This document shows positions 10,382 to 19,539 of a stretch of 64,000 nt of DNA, piece after piece (position 1 is the first letter of the stretch; every line of letters begins with the position of its first letter). Origin of the DNA: Nitrospinales bacterium (GTDB taxonomy: Bacteria; Nitrospinota; Nitrospinia; Nitrospinales; VA-1); NCBI GenBank assembly GCA_965262115.1, contig OZ253496.1, positions 132,447 to 196,446 of the forward strand. The letters are read 5' to 3'. Below the pieces are notes generated by a model, which saw only the letters and a program-made list of their open reading frames with translations, ran no database searches and was not told where the DNA came from. A program made the translations under genes and the position numbers.

Positions 10382-11212
10382 ATGATTCCATTCAAGTTTC
10401 CTAATCAGGGTGAAGCAGCGTCAGTGATGGGTATTATTAACCTGTCACCCGATTCATTCTACGGCGAGAGTCGGTGCGAAACCATTGAACAGGCGCTCCG
10501 CGTCGCAGAAAAAATAATTGCCGAAGGCGCAGACTTTTTGGATATTGGCGCAGAAAGCTCGCGACCGGGCTCTGTTCCTATTTCAGAGCAGGAAGAGTTA
10601 GACCGTTTGCTTCCTGTGTTGATGAAGCTTGTGGGGATCGTTAATGTTCCGATTTCGGTAGATACCTATAAACCGGTGGTTGCCCATGAAGTGCTGCAAG
10701 CTGGTGCCAGTATCATCAATGATATAACGGGCCTGCAACGGTCTGAGGAAATGGCTCAAACGATTTCCCGGTTTCATGCGGGAGTGATTTTGATGCATAT
10801 GCAGGGGTTGCCGACAACCATGCAGGAGAATCCACAATATGCGGATGTGTTGACGGAAGTTTCAGAGTATTTACAGCAGAGTATAGCCATTGCTGTTTCC
10901 GCCGGAATTGATCCGCAAAAAATCGCCATAGATCCTGGCATAGGATTTGGTAAAACAGACTCTCATAATCTTCTAATATTGAAAAATCTAAAGCGGTTAA
11001 ATGAATTGGGTAAGCCAGTACTTTTGGGGGTTTCAAGAAAGTCCCTGATAGGAAATATTTTAAATTTGCCCGTTGAAGAAAGACTGGAAGGTTCACTCTC
11101 TGCAACCGTATTCGCGTTGACACAGGGAGCGTCCATAATTCGCACTCATGATGTTCAGGCCACCCGCCGGGCAGTAAAAGTCGCTGAAGCAATTATGAGG
11201 GAAGAAGGATGA
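10382..11212 (+). CDS. folP: Dihydropteroate synthase
   Basis: MGIINLSPDSFY, DIGAESSRPG, DPGIGFGK motifs. GGGAGGAA RBS before the ATG at 10382. The track start at 10304 lies inside the ftsH terminator. Confidence 0.9.
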   Translation: MIPFKFPNQGEAASVMGIINLSPDSFYGESRCETIEQALRVAEKIIAEGADFLDIGAESSRPGSVPISEQEELDRLLPVLMKLVGIVNVPISVDTYKPVVAHEVLQAGASIINDITGLQRSEEMAQTISRFHAGVILMHMQGLPTTMQENPQYADVLTEVSEYLQQSIAIAVSAGIDPQKIAIDPGIGFGKTDSHNLLILKNLKRLNELGKPVLLGVSRKSLIGNILNLPVEERLEGSLSATVFALTQGASIIRTHDVQATRRAVKVAEAIMREEG

Positions 11213-11943
11213 TCCGTTTATTTGTAAATGTGGACCATGTTGCCACCATCCGTGAAGCCAGAAGGACCATTGAGCCGAGTCCACTCAAAGCGGCCCTGTT
11301 GGCAGAAAAGGCCGGAGCTCAGGGAATCACTATCCATTTGCGGGAAGACCGCCGACATATTCAGGATGACGATGTGCGAATCATTCGAAAAGGGATTAGC
11401 ACCCCATTGAACCTGGAAATGGCTCCCACCCAGGAGATGGTTAAACTGGCTTTGGAGATTCAGCCCTATCAGGTTTCTCTTGTCCCGGAAAAACGTCAAG
11501 AAATCACAACGGAGGGAGGTCTTGATGTGTGCTCCCAGGAACAGGTGTTGTCAGAAATCAGGGAAAAGATGCATGATAGAGGGGTTTTGTTCAGTCTGTT
11601 CATTGACCCTGATGCAAAGCAGGTGGACGCTTCAAAAAGAATAAAGGCGGATAGTATAGAAATTAATACTGGTAAATACACGGAACTTGGATCGGCTGAA
11701 GAAATTGAAGCGGAACTGGAACGGATACGGAAAAGTGCTAAAAGGGCCGACGAAAAGGGGTTGAAAGTTTTTGCCGGGCATGGTTTGAATTACGAGAATG
11801 TAAAGGCCATTGCTGCGATCCCCGAAATTGAGGAACTTAATATTGGCCACTTCATAGTCGGGCAGGCGGTTTATGGGGGCATGGAAAATGCCGTGACTGA
11901 AATGATTCGCTCCATTGAAACGGGTAGGGGGCAGCAAAGTTGA
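11209..11943 (+). CDS. pdxJ: Pyridoxine 5'-phosphate synthase
   Basis: LFVNVDHVATIREAR, HLREDRRHI, GHGLNYEN. The start overlaps the folP stop (ATGA). Confidence 0.93.
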   Translation: MIRLFVNVDHVATIREARRTIEPSPLKAALLAEKAGAQGITIHLREDRRHIQDDDVRIIRKGISTPLNLEMAPTQEMVKLALEIQPYQVSLVPEKRQEITTEGGLDVCSQEQVLSEIREKMHDRGVLFSLFIDPDAKQVDASKRIKADSIEINTGKYTELGSAEEIEAELERIRKSAKRADEKGLKVFAGHGLNYENVKAIAAIPEIEELNIGHFIVGQAVYGGMENAVTEMIRSIETGRGQQS

Positions 11944-12046
11944 ATTGAATTTTATATAGAACTCTTTCAACCTGGGGCAACTGCAAACTGAGGAAAATTC
12001 TATTAAGGCCCGATACGAAGAACTTTTAAGCGGATCTGCGGAAACC

Positions 12047-12493
12047 ATGCTTATCGATGAGGGTAAAAATGATGATCTAGATTCTGCGGATTCCAGGGAA
12101 TACCTGATACAGCGGCGGAGAAATTATCTGGAAAGTCTGGACCAAAGTTTTAAGCGTCTGGATGGAGAATTGTTTTCTATTGAAAAACTTCGCTCTGAAC
12201 TGGCAAGAGCTCGCGGTGAAATTCTCGTTAAAAAAGATGCAGCCCAGAAGCAAATGAAAACTCTGGAAGAGAATGGCGTCCGGCATTTGGAGGATGTTAA
12301 GCGAATAGAAATGGAACTCGAATCATCGGTGGATGAAGAGAGGCTTTTGATCAATGAGTTTAAGCGTTTGGTGAATGGCGCTGAGAGAACTTTAGAAATC
12401 AGTGATGAAATAGACCATATTTTATTCACCTATCTCACCGCAGCCGAATCGAAGGAAAGATCCCCAAGAAATCCAGTCCCCACGGCAGATTAA
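12047..12493 (+). CDS. Hypothetical coiled-coil protein
   Basis: 148-aa ORF in an otherwise empty gap, charged heptad-like sequence. No recognisable family. Confidence 0.4.
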   Translation: MLIDEGKNDDLDSADSREYLIQRRRNYLESLDQSFKRLDGELFSIEKLRSELARARGEILVKKDAAQKQMKTLEENGVRHLEDVKRIEMELESSVDEERLLINEFKRLVNGAERTLEISDEIDHILFTYLTAAESKERSPRNPVPTAD

Positions 12494-12535
12494 CAACTCC
12501 CTGTTTCTGATTTTAAGATTGCCCACAGGTTTGTA

Positions 12536-12564
12536 TTGACTTGAATTTGTAAATTTTGCATACT
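12536..12564 (+). promoter_or_regulatory. Putative sigma70 promoter for gap
   Basis: TTGACT (12536..12541), 17-nt spacer, CATACT (12559..12564) preceded by TG, about 100 nt upstream of gap. Confidence 0.3.
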
Positions 12565-12668
12565 CCCCCTAGTTTCAGAGTAATTGAGTTTTCCTGTTGT
12601 TTTGCTACCCTCGACTAGTTTAACTCACACATTTTCAATAAGATTTCTTGAAAGGCTGTTTAATAAAA

Positions 12669-13673
12669 ATGACAACGAAGGTCGGAATTAATGGGTTTGG
12701 GCGCATAGGCAGAGCCGTATTGAAATGCATATTGAATGATCCAGAGTGCTCGGGTTTTGAAATTGTAGCCATCAATGATTTGACGGATTCCGCTACGTTG
12801 GCGCACCTTTTTAAATATGATTCTGTCCAGGGGGTTAGCCCTCAGGAAGTGCAATCTGATTCCGAAGGATTGATCATAAACGGGAAGCGTATAAAAATTA
12901 TCGCTGAACGCGATCCCGGCAATCTTCCATGGAAACAATTAGGGGTGGATATTGTTATTGAGTCGACAGGATTATTCACCAAACGTGAGGCGGCCAACAA
13001 GCATATTGTTGCAGGCGCAAAAAAAGTTATAATCTCAGCACCGGCAAAAGATCCTGATGTGACCATCGTGTTGGGCGTGAATGAGGGGGCTTATGCTCCT
13101 GCTGGTCATCAGATTGTTTCCAATGCTTCCTGCACCACAAACTGCCTGGCTCCCGTTGCCAAAGTGCTGCATGAAAGTTTTGGTATTAAAAAAGGGTTGA
13201 TGACAACCATCCATTCGTACACGAATGACCAGAAAATTCTGGATTTGCCTCACTCAGACCTGAGACGGGCGAGGGCGGCGAACCTCTCGATGATTCCGAC
13301 TACCACTGGTGCCGCAAAAGCGGTTGAATTGGTATTGCCGGAAATTAAGGGCAAGCTGGATGGCATGGCGATTCGTGTTCCGACCCCTAATGTGTCTCTG
13401 ATTGACCTGGTGGTTGAGGTCGAAAAAAATACCAGTACCGAGGAGGTTAATCAGGCCTTTAAGGAAGCGTCTCAGGGATTTTTGAGTAAAATTATGCGGT
13501 TTGAAGAAAAACCCCTGGTGTCTATCGATTTTAATGGCGATTCCTGCTCTGCAATCATTGACGGAATTTCCACCAAAGTCATTGAAGGTAATATGGTGAA
13601 GGTTTTAGCGTGGTATGACAATGAGTGGGGCTACTCCAACAGGGTTAAAGATCTTTTGAAGTTTATAGGCTGA
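12669..13673 (+). CDS. gap: Glyceraldehyde-3-phosphate dehydrogenase
   Basis: [21 protein letters not shown] (catalytic Cys), WYDNEWGYS. Start at [11 protein letters not shown]. Confidence 0.96.
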   Translation: MTTKVGINGFGRIGRAVLKCILNDPECSGFEIVAINDLTDSATLAHLFKYDSVQGVSPQEVQSDSEGLIINGKRIKIIAERDPGNLPWKQLGVDIVIESTGLFTKREAANKHIVAGAKKVIISAPAKDPDVTIVLGVNEGAYAPAGHQIVSNASCTTNCLAPVAKVLHESFGIKKGLMTTIHSYTNDQKILDLPHSDLRRARAANLSMIPTTTGAAKAVELVLPEIKGKLDGMAIRVPTPNVSLIDLVVEVEKNTSTEEVNQAFKEASQGFLSKIMRFEEKPLVSIDFNGDSCSAIIDGISTKVIEGNMVKVLAWYDNEWGYSNRVKDLLKFIG

Positions 13674-13722
13674 TACATCTCGATCTCCGGCTCATTTTTA
13701 TATTTCCCGTCAGGATAAAAGT

Positions 13723-14484
13723 GTGACAATCCCCCTTATCATCGGCAATTGGAAAATGAATATGCTGGCCTCCGAGGCCTGTGACATGGCTCGATCTCTC
13801 GTGGACAGATTGTCAGTCGCCGAGGGAGTGGAGGTGGTCGTAGCCCCCTCCTTCACATCGTTATATCCAGTTAGCCAGATTGCAAAAGACTCGAGACTGG
13901 GCCTGGCAGGACAAAATTTTTACTCTGAAAAGAAGGGTGCCTATACCGGAGAAGTCTCTATTGAAATGTTAAAGGATGTGGGATGTGCTTATGCGTTGAT
14001 AGGGCATTCAGAAAGGCGCCAGTTGTTCGGCGAAACGGATGAAGAGGTTAACAAAAAGGTCCACCTTGCTATGCAGATGGGGGTCACCGCCGTGGTTTGC
14101 GTCGGAGAGACTCAGGATCAGAGAAAGGCGGGGGAAACTCTTAATGTTATCGAAACTCAATTGTCAGGGGGCCTGGCTGGTTTGTCTGGTGAGAGCATAG
14201 CCCATCTGGCAATTGCTTATGAACCGGTTTGGGCTATTGGAACGGGGAGCAATGCCACTCCTGATCAGGCAGTTGATATCCATAAATTTATCAGAAATTT
14301 TTTGTTTGAGAACCAGGGTTTCTCTGAGGAGATTGGTGCGAGAATCCTTTACGGTGGGAGTGTGACTCCCGGAAATTGTAAAGAACTATTGGGCGAAGAA
14401 GAAATAGATGGGGCGCTGGTTGGCGGGGCGAGCCTGAATTTTAAGTCATTTTGTGCTATTATCAAATCCTCCCTTGAATCGTGA
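13723..14484 (+). CDS. tpiA: Triosephosphate isomerase
   Basis: GNWKMN, IGHSERR, AYEPVWAIGTG, YGGSV. GTG start. Confidence 0.95.
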   Translation: MTIPLIIGNWKMNMLASEACDMARSLVDRLSVAEGVEVVVAPSFTSLYPVSQIAKDSRLGLAGQNFYSEKKGAYTGEVSIEMLKDVGCAYALIGHSERRQLFGETDEEVNKKVHLAMQMGVTAVVCVGETQDQRKAGETLNVIETQLSGGLAGLSGESIAHLAIAYEPVWAIGTGSNATPDQAVDIHKFIRNFLFENQGFSEEIGARILYGGSVTPGNCKELLGEEEIDGALVGGASLNFKSFCAIIKSSLES

Positions 14485-14553
14485 CAGATTTTTCGTCATA
14501 ATCAAAAATTCTGAATTGATAATCTGTAACGAATTAGTAATTTTAAAATATCA

Positions 14554-14874
14554 ATGAATACAATAATAACAGTGTTGCATGTGCTTGCGGCTTTTTGTTT
14601 GATCCTCACCGTTCTTTTACAGGTGGGCAAGGGCGCCGCAATGGGCTCGGGGCTTGGTGGGGGTAGTAGCCAAACCATGTTTGGCAGTAGTGGGGCTGGA
14701 AATTTTCTTACCAAATTGACAACGGGAATCGCTATTTTGTTTATGGTCACCTCTCTGACCTTGGCGACCTTTTCTAACAAGAAAAAATCAAACTCTGTAA
14801 TCCAGGGTATTGAAGCACCTCTTCCTGATAAAGCCACAGAGTCTAGGGACTCATCTGATAATTCTTCGAACTAA
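14554..14874 (+). CDS. secG: Preprotein translocase subunit SecG
   Basis: Small 2-TM protein with [23 protein letters not shown]. The tpiA-secG-tRNA-Leu order is typical. Confidence 0.85.
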   Translation: MNTIITVLHVLAAFCLILTVLLQVGKGAAMGSGLGGGSSQTMFGSSGAGNFLTKLTTGIAILFMVTSLTLATFSNKKKSNSVIQGIEAPLPDKATESRDSSDNSSN

Positions 14875-14885
14875 AACCTCAGGGT

Positions 14886-14970
14886 GCCGATGTGGTGGAA
14901 CTGGTAGACACGTGCGCTTGAGGGGCGTATGGAGCAATCCGTGGGAGTTCGACTCTCCCCATCGGCACCA
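14886..14970 (+). tRNA. tRNA-Leu (anticodon GAG), class II with long variable arm, CCA encoded
   Basis: Acceptor GCCGATG/CATCGGC. Anticodon stem TGCGC/GCGTA with loop TTGAGGG. T-arm GGGAG-TTCGACT-CTCCC. Confidence 0.9.
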
Positions 14971-15016
14971 ATTTTAATTTACCAAGTGCCATGATTTTTT
15001 CAAATGATCATTCGTT

Positions 15017-15274
15017 GTGATTATTAAAAAAAGCCTAAAAAATCCATCGTTCCAAAACCGGATAAATACAAAAATGGCCAGCCAGTTAGCAGAAAAAATC
15101 TGCCGAGAGGTTGAAAGAGATTATTTTGTCGATGGTGATAAAAAGCTGCAAGCCACGATCAGTATAGGGGGAGCCATTGTCGGCAAGGATGATACGGAAT
15201 TGAGCTTGTTTGAAAGGGCCGCCATGTATAGAGCCAAAAATAATGGGCGAAACCAGGTTGTGATGGATTTGTAA
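15017..15274 (+). pseudogene. 5'-truncated remnant of a GGDEF diguanylate cyclase gene
   Basis: Only the last ~65 residues of a GGDEF domain are present (LAEKICREV...ATISIGGA...AMYRAKNNGRNQV). There is no GG(D/E)EF motif or sensor domain upstream. Confidence 0.7.
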
Positions 15275-15323
15275 AGTTTTACCCTATTTGTTAGATCTGT
15301 TTTTTTGTTGTTCCTCATATTGA

Positions 15324-15680
15324 ATGCCTCCCACCACCTTAGAAGATTTATTCTCTTCACCCGGCTTCCTGGCCATATTTTTTGCGTTACTTTTAACCAT
15401 CGCCAATATTACTGTTGGGGTCAGTATGCTTCCCAGCGACAAGCGGGAAAAGAGATTCCGCATTCATCGCCTGCTTTTTGGGGCAGTGATTACAAGTTAT
15501 GCTTTGTTTTTATTCCATCTTTACCAAATTGAGCGAGAGTCTGTTTTTGCCTATATTGTTTTTGGCTACCTCCTTCTAGTTGTTCCATTCACGCGAAGGC
15601 TCAACGTGACATTGCATGCTGTTATTGCCTCCATAGGCTTGGTCCTTATTTCCGTTGTTGCGGTGATTAACTTGATATAG
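15324..15680 (+). CDS. Hypothetical integral membrane protein (about 4 TM)
   Basis: 118-aa hydrophobic ORF. No family recognised. Confidence 0.5.
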   Translation: MPPTTLEDLFSSPGFLAIFFALLLTIANITVGVSMLPSDKREKRFRIHRLLFGAVITSYALFLFHLYQIERESVFAYIVFGYLLLVVPFTRRLNVTLHAVIASIGLVLISVVAVINLI

Positions 15681-15770
15681 TTAAACCCGGGTGGTGTAAA
15701 CTTATTGTTATGGACTTTGCGAGTGAAAGATATTTAATAATTTTTCTTCATTTTTGGTGGGTCTGATTAT

Positions 15771-17105
15771 ATGGAAGAATTTGATGTGTTGGTGTTAGGT
15801 GGAGGCTTGGCCGGGGTTTCGACCGCTCTCAGAGCGGCAGAACTGGGTGGAAGAGTTTGCCTTATCGAAAGGAACCATATAGGCAAGGCGGGCTTTCAAA
15901 GAAGAAACACGCTTTTTATTGAAAGCCGTTGCTCCATTGCACCTTCAGTAAGTTGGGAAGAATATAGAAATATTTTACACTCCGAGACTGAGCAATATTC
16001 CCAGTCTATGAGAGAAAAACTAAACGTCGCAGGCGTGTCTGTCATAGAAGGGGAGGGAAGGCTCGCGAGTCCGACAGAGATTAACATTGAAAAAAGTGAT
16101 GGTGAACATTTGCTCTTAACGGGCAGGTCAGTGATTCTAGCTTATGGTTCTGATCCCCGATTCTCGACCACTTTACCCCATGAGGATGGCATTGTAATAT
16201 CCATTGATGAGATTCCCCAACTTGCTGCACTTCCTGAAAAAGTTCTTGTCGTCGGGGGTGGTCCCTTTGCCAGTGAGACGGCACTCGGGCTTCATAAAAG
16301 AGGATGCAAAGTTTTTCTTTGTTATGAACAAAAAGAATTGTTTCCACAATTGGATGAAGACTTTAATGCTGCGATAGAACCCCGGTTTAAAGAGAAAAAA
16401 ATTAAAATCCTTCCGGGAAAGAAGTTGATTTCGATATACAAAAATAGCGATGAACTTGAAATTACTTTGGAGACGGGCATCAAGTTCTCTGTCCACCAAA
16501 TAATTATTACCGGAGACAGGGTGGGGGTGAAAGAAAATGACATTGCTGAAAAACTGGGGATTCGTTTGGGTGAACATCAAAAAGTCTTTGTAGACGATTC
16601 CATGATGACCAGCCTGCCCGGAGTGTATGCGGTGGGAAGTATAAGCGGCGAGTTGACCAGCGACACGCTTTCCCAGGAAGAAGGTAAAATTGCCGCAGAA
16701 AATGCCATGGGGAAAAAAAGGATACTGAACCGGGAGTGGGTTTCACAGGTTGCTCGCCTGATTCCTGATGTGGCTTATGTGGGGTGTTCCATGAAAACGG
16801 CCCCTCATCAAGGATTTCATCCTGTCGAGGGCGTATTCGAGGAGGATTTCACAGGCGCTGAAAATATGTCCTTTCCCCAAACCGGGGGAAGATATAAAAT
16901 AGTAGCAGATAAAAGATCACGTCTGATTGTCGGGGCACAGATCATTTCACATCAGGCCGCTGATTGGATTCCGATACTTTTATTGTTGATTAAAAAGGGG
17001 GTCACGGTGGGTAATCTGGCCAATTCCATCACTTCTGAGGGGACGAAAATTAGTGGCTTGTGCGAGGCGGCGCGGAATTGTGCAAGGGCCTTGAAGTCCC
17101 CATAA
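15771..17105 (+). CDS. Pyridine-nucleotide-disulfide-oxidoreductase-like flavoprotein (Lpd-like fold, redox Cys pair absent)
   Basis: Rossmann motifs VLGGGLAGVSTA and VVGGGPFASE, GD motif AVGS, C-terminal dimerisation-like domain. No CxxxxC and no HPxxSE-type His. Confidence 0.7.
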   Translation: MEEFDVLVLGGGLAGVSTALRAAELGGRVCLIERNHIGKAGFQRRNTLFIESRCSIAPSVSWEEYRNILHSETEQYSQSMREKLNVAGVSVIEGEGRLASPTEINIEKSDGEHLLLTGRSVILAYGSDPRFSTTLPHEDGIVISIDEIPQLAALPEKVLVVGGGPFASETALGLHKRGCKVFLCYEQKELFPQLDEDFNAAIEPRFKEKKIKILPGKKLISIYKNSDELEITLETGIKFSVHQIIITGDRVGVKENDIAEKLGIRLGEHQKVFVDDSMMTSLPGVYAVGSISGELTSDTLSQEEGKIAAENAMGKKRILNREWVSQVARLIPDVAYVGCSMKTAPHQGFHPVEGVFEEDFTGAENMSFPQTGGRYKIVADKRSRLIVGAQIISHQAADWIPILLLLIKKGVTVGNLANSITSEGTKISGLCEAARNCARALKSP

Positions 17106-17242
17106 AAAAGGTGGTTTCAGGCCAATTACTTCTTGCCTTGACTCGATATTTTAATTATGTTAAAAACCAACACTTTGACAGTCATTCCGGGTTGTCAACC
17201 GGGTCTTAAAAAGTCACTGAGTCCACATAAAAATAGGTATTA

Positions 17243-17803
17243 TTGAGCTTTATGGCTGAAGAGAAATCAAAAGAAAAATCGGCATCCAAGGAGGCAAATG
17301 GGAAGGATGAGGCGCTGGAAACAATTTGGTCGCGCCGGGAATTTTTCTCGCTGGCGGGTTGGGCCGGGTTTTTAGCTTCCCTGGGGCTATCAGCCTTATA
17401 TTTTGCTCGATTACTATTTCCTCGCGTTCTCTTTGAACCTTCCCCGATATTCAAGGCAGGGATACCCAGCGACTATACGGTTGGTGAAGTCAGTACTAAG
17501 TGGGTTACGGATCAGCGTGTTTGGATTGTTCGTGATGAGGAAGGTATTTATGTCATTTTTGCGTTATGCACGCATTTAGGATGCACTCCACGTTGGTTGA
17601 GATCAGAGAGTAAATACAAATGCCCCTGTCATGGTAGTGGTTTTACCAAGCAAGGGATAAACTTTGAAGGCCCGGCACCAAGGCCTCTGGAACGGTTAAA
17701 AATTGCTCTGGCTCCGGATGGGCAGATCGTCATTGATAAAAGTAAGAAATTTCTTTTTGAAAAGGATCAGTGGGACAAACCGGGCGCTAAACTTTTTGTC
17801 TAA
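17243..17803 (+). CDS. Rieske [2Fe-2S] subunit of a cytochrome bc/b6f-type complex
   Basis: Tat-like SRREFF plus TM anchor. CTHLGC and CPCHGS cluster boxes. An ATG at 17252 is an alternative start. Confidence 0.9.
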   Translation: MSFMAEEKSKEKSASKEANGKDEALETIWSRREFFSLAGWAGFLASLGLSALYFARLLFPRVLFEPSPIFKAGIPSDYTVGEVSTKWVTDQRVWIVRDEEGIYVIFALCTHLGCTPRWLRSESKYKCPCHGSGFTKQGINFEGPAPRPLERLKIALAPDGQIVIDKSKKFLFEKDQWDKPGAKLFV

Positions 17804-17890
17804 CTGCTCGGAGACTTTTTTTTAATATTTTCAACCGAAAAAGAATTGGTTACAAGACAGTGAAATTCCATTTTGATGGAGGTCTAAGTT

Positions 17891-18721
17891 TTGGCAAGTA
17901 ATTCACCTAAGATTCCGAATATCGCAGAATTGATGGATAAAATTAAAAGTGGCAAGATCTTCAGTGAAATTGCCAAGGAAATTACAGAATCGCAGATATG
18001 GACATCGAGCTTCCGACATGGTTACGCCGATACACCTCGGAACCGTGTTCTGCAAATTGCAAGTAATGTCTGGTTGCATCTTCATCCAGTAAAGATTCAG
18101 CGTCACGCCCTGCGAATAAAATTCACCTGGTGCATGGGAGGAATCACTTTTCTCCTGTTTCTTTCCACCGTAGTGACCGGGGTGATCCTGATGTTCTATT
18201 ATCGGCCTGTTGGTGAATATGCCTATTACGATATGAAGTACCTGCAATACGATGTTCCCTTCGGTATGCTCATGAGAAATATGCACCGTTGGGCGGCGCA
18301 CGCAATGGTTATCACCGTGTGGTTGCATATGTTTCGGGTCTTTTTAACGGGCTCGTATAAACCGCCGAGAGAGTTTAACTGGGTCATTGGGGTGTTCCTG
18401 GTTACGTTCACCCTGCTCCTGAGTTTTACCGGTTACCTCCTGCCTTGGGATCAACTGGCGATGTGGGCGGTCACCGTAGGCACCAATATGGCGCGTGCTA
18501 CCCCGTTTCTGGGCAATGAAGGTCCCTTTGCGGAATTCGTCGGCGCGACTCCCAGATATGATGTCCGTGCCTTGTTGATTGGAGGGAGTGTAGTAGGGCC
18601 TCCCGCTCTATTAAGGTTTTACGTATTGCATTGTATTTTCATTCCTTTGGTTGCCGGAGCCCTGATGATTGTGCATTTCTGGCGAATCCGCAAGGATGGT
18701 GGAATTTCCGGCCCTCTTTAG
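17891..18721 (+). CDS. Cytochrome b, N-terminal (b6-like) subunit
   Basis: Haem-ligand His-bearing helices ([28 protein letters not shown]). TTG start after a GGAGG RBS. Confidence 0.9.
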   Translation: MASNSPKIPNIAELMDKIKSGKIFSEIAKEITESQIWTSSFRHGYADTPRNRVLQIASNVWLHLHPVKIQRHALRIKFTWCMGGITFLLFLSTVVTGVILMFYYRPVGEYAYYDMKYLQYDVPFGMLMRNMHRWAAHAMVITVWLHMFRVFLTGSYKPPREFNWVIGVFLVTFTLLLSFTGYLLPWDQLAMWAVTVGTNMARATPFLGNEGPFAEFVGATPRYDVRALLIGGSVVGPPALLRFYVLHCIFIPLVAGALMIVHFWRIRKDGGISGPL

Positions 18722-18754
18722 AGGGCAGATTTTTTATTAAGAGGCAGGGAAAAT

Positions 18755-19516
18755 ATGGCTCAAGCGGCGGTACCAAAGAAAAAGGCAGAAGGGCTGGGTG
18801 GGGAGAAGCTCCATGTTTGGCCCTACTTGGTCCGGTTGGAGTTTCTTTGCGCTATTCTCACCATTGTGGCTCTTACGGTATGGTCCATCGTTATTGATGC
18901 GCCGTTGGAAGAAGCGGCGAATCCGACCAAAACCCCTAATCCTTCCAAAGCGCCCTGGTATTTCCTGGGGCTTCAAGACGTCCTGGTTTATTTCGACCCC
19001 TGGTTTGCCGGTGTTGTGGCTCCCGTCCTCATCATCGTTGGACTGATGCTGATTCCGTATCTGGATGTGAATCCCAAAGGGAACGGATATTACACCTACC
19101 ATGAGAGGAAAGCTGCAATATGGGTTTACTGCTTTGGCTTTCTGGTGCTCTGGATCGCTTTGATCATTATGGGGGTGTTCCTAAGGGGGCCGGGTTGGAA
19201 CCTTTTTATGCCTTGGCAGTATTGGGATCCGCATAAGGTTGTGGCTCTGGTCAATGTTGATCTTCCCTATGCGTTCGGGGTGCGAACCTACAATGGGGCC
19301 ATGCTGTTTGGTGGAGCGGTGATACTCGGATATTTTGCCGTGGGTACTGGGATCTATTTTTTCATGGAACGTAAGGCGCTCAAGAGTGTTGGTTTCTTGA
19401 GAATGTTTCTGAAAATTGAACTTTTCCTGATCATGATGGGCATTGTCATCAAAATTGTTCTCAGGCTGGGTTTTAATATCAAGTATGTATGGGTGACACC
19501 CTGGTTTAATATTTAA
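18755..19516 (+). CDS. Cytochrome b C-terminal / subunit IV-like membrane subunit (extended)
   Basis: PEWY-like APWYFLGLQ motif, multiple TM helices, directly follows the b6-like gene. Confidence 0.8.
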   Translation: MAQAAVPKKKAEGLGGEKLHVWPYLVRLEFLCAILTIVALTVWSIVIDAPLEEAANPTKTPNPSKAPWYFLGLQDVLVYFDPWFAGVVAPVLIIVGLMLIPYLDVNPKGNGYYTYHERKAAIWVYCFGFLVLWIALIIMGVFLRGPGWNLFMPWQYWDPHKVVALVNVDLPYAFGVRTYNGAMLFGGAVILGYFAVGTGIYFFMERKALKSVGFLRMFLKIELFLIMMGIVIKIVLRLGFNIKYVWVTPWFNI

Positions 19517-19539
19517 CGGCTTCAGGATCGGGAAATACA

